The notes under the pieces are model-generated. The model did no database searches, was not told the origin of the DNA, and saw nothing but the letters and a program-made list of their open reading frames with translations. From Selaginella moellendorffii (lineage: Eukaryota; Plantae; Lycopodiophyta): a stretch of 39,680 nucleotides of DNA. Location of the stretch: positions 394,291 to 433,970 of the forward strand of contig NW_003314383.1 of assembly GCF_000143415.4 (NCBI RefSeq), given 5' to 3'. Below are positions 22,139 through 32,283 of the stretch, in pieces; position 1 is the stretch's first letter, and each line of letters opens with the position of its first letter. The translations under genes and the position numbers were made by a program.

Positions 22139-25100
22139 ATGGAGGCCACGAACCTTAGTAGCAGCAAGGGCGACGATCACGAGGGATTCCTCCTCAAGCT
22201 TCGATCGAGGCTAGAAAAGTAAGAACGAGTAAAAAAAGAAGGAAAACGATAGAGAAAAGCTGACGATACCTTGTTTTCTACCACAGCGTCGGAGTTGAGC
22301 TCCCAGAGGTTGAGGTGAGGTTCCATGGCTTGGAGCTCAGCGTCGATGTTTACACCAGGAGCAGCCGAGCGATCTCCAGCATTGCAAACTCTTTCGTCAA
22401 CACCGTCCAGGTTGGTCTCTTCTTCAAGTTGATGGCCTGTTTTTGACAAGCTTTCTAGAGCTTCCTGAGCTTGCTCCATGTCCTGCCATCGAACAAGCAA
22501 TCGATTAACATCCTACACAGCGTCGATGGTGTTGTCAGACCTTCCAGGTTGATAACGAGAGGAGTTCTTCTCTCTTTCTTTACTGTTTCATCTCATGCTT
22601 GGTTCCAAGGCTGACGCTGCTGCTTGGTCCACCCGCATCTGGCAAGACAAGCTTACTCTTAGCGCTCGCCAATAAGATCCAATGCAAGGGAGAGGTGACT
22701 TACAATGGATGCACTCACGACGAATTCGCCCTCCGGAAAGAGATCGCGTACATCAGCCAGCAAGACTTGCATCTATCCGAGCTTACAGTTCGAGAAACAC
22801 TGAACTTCGCAGTGCGATGCCAAGGCGCCGGTCACCAAGGAGGTAAGAAAACTTTCCTCGAGGAATCTTGGCCTTGATACGACTCTCTGCTTGCACACAA
22901 ACAGAGATTTTTAAAGAAGTCGAGAAAAGAGAAAAGGCAGCAGGAATCATACCCGATCCAGACGTTGAAGCTTTCATGAGAGTGAGATTTCCTTTCTCGA
23001 GGAGTCGTTTATGTTAACGAAATCTCTTGTGGACCAGGCTGCTGCTGGTGACGATGCAAAGCCCAGCATCATGTCCGAATACATGATCCAGGTTTGTTCT
23101 GTCCATTATAACGCTTCCAAGGTTCTCAAACTCGAGCGAGATATGGAATCAGGTTCTTGGCATGGACACTTGCGCCGATACAATCGTAGGCAATGCTCTT
23201 CAGCGAGGAATATCTGGAGGACAGAAAAGAAGACTCACAGCAGGTCAGCATCACCAATATCCAAAAACTTTAATATTAACCATGAACAATCACTTACAGG
23301 AGAAGTGCTGGCTGGTCCCGCAAGAATTTTGTTCATGGATGAGATTTCTACGGGACTGGACAGCTCCACCACGTACCGAATTATCAGTTTCCTGCAGCAA
23401 ACCGTGAAAGCTTTGAGCAAAACGATGCTGATCTCGCTGCTGCAACCACCCCCAGAGGTTTTCGAGCTGTTTGACGATCTTATACTTCTTGCGGAAGGAC
23501 ATGTAGTATACCATGGAACTCGAGAAGGTGTTCTACAGTTTCTTGAGGCCCAAGGCTTCAAATGTCCTGCAAGAAAAGGAGTAGCAGATTATTTACAAGA
23601 GGTCAGTAGTATACAACACATTCATGTTCCTCTAAAGTCTTGGGAAATGCAGGTAGTGTCAAGAAAAGATCAAAAAGGTTATTGGTGCGGTGATAAAGAA
23701 GCTTACCGGTTTGTATCGGGAAAAGATTTTGCTGCTGCTTTTCAACGATACCGGGCTGATGAATTCACGCTCAAGGACTTGAAGAAAGTTTATCCTGCAG
23801 GGAAAAAGCAACCAAGGATGAGTTCTTGGAAGCTGTTTCAGGCCTGCTGCTCAAGAGAAATCATACTGATAAAACGTAATCTCTACGTTCATGTGACTAG
23901 CAACGTAATTCAGGTGAGACTCACCTTTTTAATAAAAAAGAAACCAACACCATTATTTTTTAAAGGGCTCGATTATAGCGGTGATTGTCTCGACCATATT
24001 CCTGCGAACAACAATGCATCATGAGACCGTCCAAGATGCAAACAAATTTATGGGTGTTCTGTTCTACATGATCATGAATATCATGTACCGTGGATTACCT
24101 GAGATGACACTCACAATCACGAGACTTCAAGCCTTTTACAAGCAACGAGATTCGCAGTTTTATCCCGCTTGGTCTTGGGCATTGCCAACGATATTTTTCA
24201 GGATCCCGATGAGTTTCATGGACGTGGCAATCTGGACCTGCATTACATACTGGGGAGTTGGGTTTGCTCCCGAGTTTACCAGGTAAGTCAGTTTCCTATG
24301 GTCCTAAAGTGCCGGATAAAGAGACTACTCACAGATTTTTCAAGCACTTTGTGCTACTGTTCTTGGTGAACCAAGCTTCGTTCGCCATGTTTCGGTGCAT
24401 TGGAGCCATCGCTCGAAGTCCAACAATTACGAGTACGTTCGGTTTCTTCTTCTTCATAACGACGGTGGCAAATGGAGGCTATTTGAAATCAAGAGGTACT
24501 TCCTGCAAGAAAACTAAAGGTTAGTATTTAAGAAACGACTCTCCAGAAAACATCCAACCATGGTGGCTATGGAGCTACTGGACATCTCCGTACATGTATG
24601 GCCAGAACGCTTTAGCTGTCAATGAGTTCTATGCGCAACGGTGGAGCAAGGTACGAAAGCACCAATCTACAATGGATAATTGTCTGAAAACACATGCAGC
24701 CAACATTTGGAACTGGAACTTCACACACAGTTGGGGAGGTTTTGCTAAAGACCCGAGGAATGTTTCCAAATCCAGAATGGTACTGGATTGGACTCGCAGG
24801 ACTGGTTATCTCGATACTGGTGTTCAATGCACTCTACGTTCTAGCACTTACATACCTTAACCGTAAGTGATAGACGGACAAGTTATTGGTGGCGAGAAAA
24901 CTTACCAGGTCTTGTGACAGCTCTGAGAAAACCTTGCACCGCAATTTACAGCAACAGTAGCGAGGCAACTGCAAGAAAAAAAGGTGAGTTGGTGACTTCA
25001 GCACAAAGGACATGAAAGCACAAAAAATACACTTACAACTTTTTTGCAGCTGAGGATATCGAAGATGGAGGTGTTGGAGAAGTTCTCCTACCTTCCTTGC

Positions 25101-27573
25101 CGTTGTCACTGGCTTTCCGGAACATCGTTTACGAAGTTGACTTGGTAAAGTTTTTCGTCTCGTCTCCTAGAGTGTATTCCTGACACTGATGCTCCAGGAT
25201 AAGAAAAGCCATCCCAAGAGTGATACCAAGAGATTGCAGCTGCTACACAATGTAAGTGGAGCTCTCCGGCCAGGAGTTCTAACGGCACTCATCGGCGTGA
25301 CTGGCGCTGGGAAGACTACACTGTTCGATGTTCTCGCCGGAAGAAAGACCGTGGGGTACGTCCGAGGAGAACTCAGCGTCTCTGGATACCCGAAAAACCA
25401 CAAAACCTTCGCAAGAGTTTCTGGTTACTGTGAACAGGTTGACATCCATTCGCCTCATGTGACAGTCTACGAGTCGCTCGTCTTCTCTGCGTGGTTGCGT
25501 CTCCCACAAGACGTGAATCACGAAACCGTGCTGGTCCGTATGGGCTTTGTTTCATTCCCTTCCAGAGTTGACGATCTAAACTTTTGAGCAGAGGTTCGTC
25601 GAAGAAGTAATGGAGCTTGTGGAGCTTGACAGCATACGAAATGTCTCAGTAGGAGTTCCCGGTGTGTCTGGCCTCTCGACCGAGCAACGCAAGCGCCTGA
25701 CGATTGCTGTAGAGCTCGTTGCAAATCCATCTATCCTGTTTATCGACGAACCAACCTCGGGTCTGGATGCTCGAGCGGCGGCCATAGTTATGAGAGCCAT
25801 ACGAAACACTGTCAACTCGAGCCGGACTGTTATCTGCACGATTCATCAACCGAGCATCGACATCTTTGAATCTTTCGACGAGGTACTTGCTTGTGATGCA
25901 TTTAGGACCCCATCGCCAACTTCCTCTTCCTTCTTCGTTTCGGTGTAGCTCTTCCTCATGAAACGTGGAGGACAACTCATTTATGCCGGACCTCTTGGCA
26001 AAGAATCCTGTCACTTGATAGAGTACTTCGAGGTAGTATTCCGTTCTCTTTCTTGTCGCTGATAATCTTTTTTGTCTCCTACGTAAACCAGGCCATTCCC
26101 GGGATTCCAAAGATAAAGGACGGCCAGAATCCAGCAACCTGGGTGATGGAAGCTACCACTCAGTCGAGGGAAGAACTTCTCGGAATAAACTTAGTCGAGA
26201 TCTACGAGAACTCACCACTCTACGGGTAAGCTTTCCCCCCCTTCGCCAGATTTCTTAACGCTTTCTTCCAGGAGAAACCAGAACCTCATAAGAGCGATCA
26301 GTGTCCCAGCTCCACAATCCCAAGACTTGCACTTCCGGACTACATACTCCAAGCCATTCCTGGAGCAGTTCTACACCTGTTTGTGGAAGCAGCACCGTTC
26401 ATACTGGCGAAATCCAATCTACTTCTACTCCCGGATGTTCTATGGAGTCGTCGTTGGCTTTCTACTCGGAACTATGTTCTGGAACTCTGGAAAGGAGCTG
26501 TAAGCCACACCACCTTTTCTGCTCAGACTTACCAGACTTTCCTCGCAGAAAAACCGAGCAGGACATCTTCAACTTGCTCGGGGCCATGTACACTTCCACA
26601 ATCTACGTTGGCATCTCGGACTCTATCAGCGTCCAGCCGCAAGTCATCATGGAGCGAGAAGTTTTCTACCGAGAAGTAGCCGCTGGAATGTATTCTCCAC
26701 ACGCCTTTGCTCTCTCACAGGTATAAAAAAACTCCATCCGACCATTCCCTGGATCTAAAATTCGAACTTCCACTCCAGGTGATCATCGAAGTCCCCTATA
26801 TACTCCTCCAAGCAGCATCCCAGAGCCTCCTGGTCTATCTCCTCGTCGGCCTCCAATGGACACCAGCAAAGTTCTTCTACTTCGTGTTCTTCATCTTTGG
26901 TTCCTGCCTAAACTACACGCTGTTTGGAATGCTTGGTGTAGCCATGACGTCCAATTTCCAAATGGCCGTGCTCACGCAAGGAGCTCTCGTCCCCTGGAAC
27001 ATCTTCTCCGGCATTATCATCCCTCTGGCTGTAAGTTGATCGATCGCGAGCTATCTATCCGATCCAGTTCCATCTTCTCCCTGTGACTATCCATCTATCC
27101 ATCTCTAGTTCCATCTTCTTGGAGCTCCATCCCTGTGACTATCCAAAGATCTAGTTCCATCTTCTTAGAGTTCCATCCCTGTGACTATCCATCTATCCAT
27201 CTCTAGTTCCAGTTCCATCCCTGTGACTATCAATCTATCCATCTCTAGTTCCATCTTCTTAGAGTTCCATCCCTGTGACTAAATCCTTTCCACTTTCCAG
27301 AAAATCCCACCGTGGTGGCGATGGTGTAGCTGGCTGTGCCCCCCAACTTGGACGCTCTATGGCCTCCTAGCTTCGCAGCTGGGAGATGTGGAGACGCCGA
27401 TCGAAGTTCCTGGACAGAGCAAATCATCCAGTGTGAAGAATTTCATTCGCGACTACTATGGATACCAGGAGGAAGGCCTGCGATTCGTGGTATTCATGCA
27501 CATCGTCTTCCCGGCCGTGTTTGCGCTAGTATTCACAGTGCTGATCACATACGCGAAATTCCAGAAGAAATAG
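22139..27573 (+). CDS. Full-size ABCG / pleiotropic drug resistance (PDR) transporter, about 20 exons
   Basis: NBD1 [31 protein letters not shown]; TMD1; NBD2 [44 protein letters not shown]; TMD2; ends KFQKK*. The exon junctions I checked are in frame; the N-terminus is shorter than usual, so the start is uncertain. Confidence 0.93.
27050..27282. repeat. Intronic minisatellite in the last PDR intron
   Basis: Shuffled repeats of CCCTGTGACTATCCATCTATCCATCTCTAGTTCCATCTTCTTAGAGTTCCAT, about 5 variable-length units. Confidence 0.9.
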
Positions 27574-27747
27574 ATCGCTCCCAAGAACCCTAAAAAAACC
27601 TAGCCGTTGGGTTAATCTCAGCCGTCGACTGTCCGGAAGTTTTGATTTTGATTCTTCGTAAGTTTACACGAGATTTTCTCTCAAACGTTTTGCTTTGAGG
27701 TTCAATCGTTCCCTCGTAGAGATCATTGGGAGGCAAAAGAATATAGT

Positions 27748-28756
27748 TCATATCATTGGGGACTGCGAGCAACAAGATGGATCGTCAGAAGAAAAGAAAG
27801 AAAGGCATAAGTAGACTTACCTTAAGCGGAGGAAGAGCGGAGACTGAGTCTGCCAGGCTCTTGAAAGAATCCGGATCCAAGATCGCCATGTTTGCCAGTA
27901 GCTTGCGATTGAGCTCCACTTTCTGGCGATTGAGCCCGTGCATGAATTCGCTATACCCAAGCTATCCAGAAAGAAAGACAAAAGAGTCAGTCAGCTTGGC
28001 CCAAATTCTGACGAGAAGAAAATGTGGAGGAAAAAAAGAGAACTTGTGAAGAAGAACTGTGAAGAATGTGGAGAAGAAATAGAGCTTTGATAAGAAGAAA
28101 AAGAAACTGTGAAAAATGTGAAGAACAAATAAAGCATTGATAAGAAGAAGAAGAAGAAACCGTGAAGAATGTGGAGAACACAGAGAACTTTGATAAGAAG
28201 AAGAAATTGTGAAGAAGAGAAGACGTGGAGAAGAAATAGAACTAAGAAGAAGAAGAATGTTGAGGAAGAACGCCATTCTTACCCCGTGGAGTCGAGCAGC
28301 AGCCCCAATTCTCGTGATCCACAGCTTGTGGAAATCTCTCTTCTTCCTCCGCCTATCGCGATACGAGTGCTCCAGGGCCTTGGCGACCCGATCTCGCGCA
28401 ATCCTGTGCACCTTCTTGCCCCTAAATCCCTTGGCCAGCTCCAGCACCAGCGCCTTGTTCCTCACGACCTTGCCCCTGCCAGGGTATGGCCCCAGCTCCT
28501 TCTTGCTCCTCTCCAGGATCTTGCGCGCCTCCTCCTTGTCGCTGCTGCTCCGCCACGCGCTGCCCGTCTTGCTGCGCGAGCATCGGATGATCGCCGCGCC
28601 CCTGCCGCCGCGACTCGCCGCGCCTACCCTGGCGCTGGATTTGACCTGATGCCGCTGGCACAGCGATGCCGCGCCATTGCCGAATGTAAAGAACGATCGC
28701 GAAGAGGAGAGCAGCATTCTCGCCCTAGAGAAACCTATCCTATTTGCTCCTGACAA
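27748..28756 (-). CDS. rpl20: Nuclear-encoded organellar ribosomal protein L20 (bL20) with an N-terminal transit peptide
   Basis: Exons 28756-28283, 27961-27821 and probably 27762-27748: LAKGFRG...KALEHSYRDRRRKKRDFHKLWITRIGAAARLHG|LGYSEFMHGL...LNRKLLANMAILDPDSFKSL. The leader is S/R/A-rich, lacks acidic residues and ends AIIRCS. Confidence 0.92.
28010..28270. repeat. Purine-rich (GAA) degenerate tandem repeat in rpl20 intron 1
   Basis: Recurrent GTGAAGAATGTGGAGAAGAAATAGA and TTGATAAGAAGAAGAA units. Confidence 0.8.
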
Positions 28757-28935
28757 TAAGATTTAACGATATTCTCTTCTTTAAGAACTTTACGAAATCA
28801 TCTCCAATGCTCGTTCCGTGAACTCCGGAGGAACACGAAATCTATGGGATGATCCAAGTTGCGCCTGTACTTGTCTGGAATGCAAACTAAGGACCAAAGC
28901 TAGGAAACGAAGAAAAGCATAACATTACCAGTTGT

Positions 28936-29868
28936 TTAGCGGGCCGCGCGTAAAAAAGACGCTCGCACTTCTTGGCGGCAAGCTGCACACTTGCGTCCCT
29001 CATGTAGTGATGGAGTTGCTCGCGAGAGAGAGCCACTCCGAGAGCGTTGAGCTTCGGCAGGCATTCGTCCAGCTCGTCCTCTATGACATCAAAAAAAGAG
29101 AGAGAAGATCGTCAAAATAAATCACAAGTTCAAGCGAAGAAAAGGTTCTTAGAAAAGAGAAGATCAAAATAAATCGCAAACAGAGAAAAGTCCTAGAATG
29201 TGTAACATCACAAGCAAATCAAGATCGCAAGCATACAAGTCCACACTTCACACTGCCGAGTGAAGAGAAAAACCCGGGGAAAAACCAAAGCGTGTACAAG
29301 CTCAAGAAAAAAAGAAGAAAGCAAGAATCTTGAGAGTGAGCATACCAGTGAGGGGAATTCTTGCCAAAGAAGCCATTCGATATTTCAGCGTGAGCGGATC
29401 CTCTACAGCTTGCCGGATGATCTTGTTCCTCCTCGCGAGAAGAACCGGGAGCTGGAGGTTGAATGCCACGGAAGTGGCCAACGCCGGAAAGTAGAGGACT
29501 AGCGGAAGATCGAAGAAATCCACGGCATCGTACACGTATCCTGCGAAGTAGTCGGCAACCACGCACCTGATCGCCCCAGATTTCGCGCCCAATCGCGAAA
29601 CCAGATCGGAGAAGCTGCGACTGAGATCGAGGATGCGCTGTGGGGATTTCAAGATGTCGGCACCCCGCTGCGCTGTCAGGGACTCGAATCGCAGCCGGCC
29701 TTGATCGCTAACACCGGCGTGAAGCTCTGGCGAGGGAGTGACCACGGTGATGAGAAATCCGTGGCAAAGGAGGCGCTTTGCCAGATGGAAGAGAGACCAG
29801 AAGTGAGAGGCACCACCGTGCGCGCAAAGAAGCAGCAATGGCGACGAATCGTCGAGCTCCATCGCCAT
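28936..29868 (-). pseudogene. UDP-glycosyltransferase-like N-terminal domain only (truncated gene or pseudogene)
   Basis: LLLLCAHGGASHFWSLFHLAKRLLCHGFLITVVT...LRFESL...IRCVVADYFAGYVYDAVDFFDLPLVLYF matches the GT1/UGT N-terminal pattern. No PSPG box appears before rpl20; the 3' exon structure is uncertain. Confidence 0.65.
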
Positions 29869-30943
29869 CGCTAAAACCCGTTCTTGGACGCGATGAGCTG
29901 ACGCATCGGGACGATGTGAATGCAGGAAGCTGGGAGTCTCAAGAAACGCCGAGTAGGAGACGAGCAAATGAAAGTCGGACCTCGACTCCACCAAGTACAT
30001 GCCCTGTCTGCGTCTGGAATCGTTGCAGGGAGTCTCTGTGAGTGGATCATCCATGACTATCAGAGTCTTCGATTACTTTGTCCTCTCGCCCTTCTATGAT
30101 CGCTCTTGCTCCAATGAGCAGCGCTCTGTCCATCCCCTCGACATGACCCAGCTCTTGTAAGAATCAAGCTCCTTGTTCTTCCTTCGCAAGAGATTTCTCT
30201 TCGTTTTGTGCTGTGGCAGGAAGATGACTGGAGTGGAGTAGGAGCCCAATCTCTTTGTCCTCCGCAAGCAAAAGTGCGAGAGTGGCCATATCTATCAACC
30301 ACGCTGCTCTACAGCGTTGTTTGCAACAGAGTGGTAAGTCGCAAGGCCTTTTCTTCTGCTGCTTCTGATGGTCCGCCCGTTTGATCTCTAGGCCCGAGCT
30401 GTGCATCACATCTCCACTGCCTTCTCCCAAAGGGTTTGTTGCTTTTCGTCTTTCGTCCTTGTCCCTGACTATGCTCTGATGTAGACGATGAGAATGAACA
30501 TGAGAGCGATCCCACTGGCCGTGTCGATCTCAAGGAAGTCCTCCGGATCGATCAGATACTGGGAAATGTTCTTCGCAAGGTGAGCCTTTCGTCTCTTTTT
30601 CCTGTTCATGTCTTGGTCTTGTTCTTTCCAGTTCAGCTTCCTCCTCCTCATGAAGAAGTTTGCGAAAGAACTTTCTCATATTTGGACTGCTAATGTGTTT
30701 CAGCTTAAAATGGCTTTGGAGTATCTTCAACCAGCTTTTGGAGGTGTCATAGTGGATGTGAGCTGACCGAGAGATGGCCATTGGACGTTAGAACACGAAC
30801 TTCCTGTAAGCTTCTGCGCTATATGTACTCACTAGCAAACTTCTGGTTCAAACAGGTTGGAAGACACAAGTACATGTGATTGATAACGAGCTATGCATTC
30901 ACAATCCTCACGTTCCTATAACGAACCCAGACAGAAAATGCAA

Positions 30944-31816
30944 CTACAAGAATTATATTGAGGTATGCTATGATTCTCTGATCATCCAAACTAAAGTGTG
31001 TATGTTTTCCAGGGGACGAGTGTGGCATTTACCTTGGAAGGAGTTTTGACAATACCCTGACAAGTACTGTTAGACTCCTTCCAGGTAAGAATAAAGAGGA
31101 GGTTGTCAAGCAGCTGCGCTATTATTCAAGGCTCCTGGTCACGGCACTTCCAGTAAGTAATTTTGTATAGTGTTTCTTGCATGTTCATTCTTAACTCGTT
31201 TATTCAAGGTTTATGTAATCCAAGAGTATGCACGACTTAGCATGACCTCTCTCCCTGGAAGTTCCTTCTCTTACGCTGGCTCACTGTAAGTATCACTGTT
31301 ACGTTTTCTCTTGAGATATGCAAGCTCTTTACACTTGGTGTTTGTTTTTTCAGTGCTCTGGCCGCGATGGGATTTGGAACTCTAGTTTTGTTTGTTTATC
31401 AAAACTATGGTTTTTCCTCAGCTTGATGACCACACCGGGCCGCAGTGTCACTGGGATGGAGCTAAGCGAGCAGGCAGGCAGGATCCACTTACATTGTCCA
31501 AAGGAGGTGAAGCCATTCAAGAGGCTTCACTCTCGTCAAGTGTCAACTCAATGGTAAGCTTCGAGATATTTTTCCATTCATTCGTTTGCTAAGTGACGAT
31601 CATCACAGGTGGAGCCTTGACTGCGAGAACGTTTCATCAATGTGGATGCTCGTGCTGCCACCGCCCACCCAGCACCACACTGGCCCGCCCCCGGCCGCGC
31701 CGCTCTGCCGCCACCGCCACCGCCACCGCCGCCCCGCTGCCCTGCCACCGCGCCCGAAACTAACTCGAAAATTCTGGCAACTGCAGTTCTTGTCTCGAAA
31801 ATTCATCTTAGCATAA
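30944..31816 (+). other. Unidentified multi-exon gene remnant ending in a GC-rich, Pro-encoding tract
   Basis: Series of GT-AG introns of about 50-60 nt (e.g. 30963-31012, 31153-31208, 31555-31608) and CCGCCA repeats at 31660-31750. No continuous frame or family recognised. Confidence 0.3.
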
Positions 31817-32283
31817 GTAGTTTCGCTAAATAATGGCCCATGAGAGTGTGAGGGTGTTCGAGACTCGAGAGTGTACAAATTTGCAGCAGGGGAAAAAATC
31901 CAAGGATGAAGAAATGTCATGCAAAATCAGAAAACATTCTTCTGCCATAGCCGCATGTTGACGAGCGCCAAAGGGAAAAAGGTGTGTGAGGTAATGCAAA
32001 ATGCTGAAACAGCACAGCAACAATAGTCTACTTCGAGCAGTAAGTGTCAGAGTCAAAAGATTTATTGTGACTTTTTACCAAAATGTAACTCCTCTTTTTT
32101 TCTTCTTACTTCTTTTGGTTGGGCTTAAACTTTACATGGCTTTTCATGTTGTGCAGGGCCATGTGGACTCAGAGGAAAGCTGATACTAGATGGACGAAAA
32201 TTTTAATGATGAAACGAGTAAATTGAAATCACTATATTTTGACAGACCCCATATATACGCCTGGGAAAAAGGTGTAGGGTTTA

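Noticed and set aside
28169-28753. Plus-strand 194-aa and 146-aa ORFs
   Set aside because: Antisense shadows of the GC-rich rpl20 exon 1.
30060-30781. Overlapping short minus-strand ORFs with charged residues
   Set aside because: Interrupted by stops, with no recognisable family or consistent splice model.
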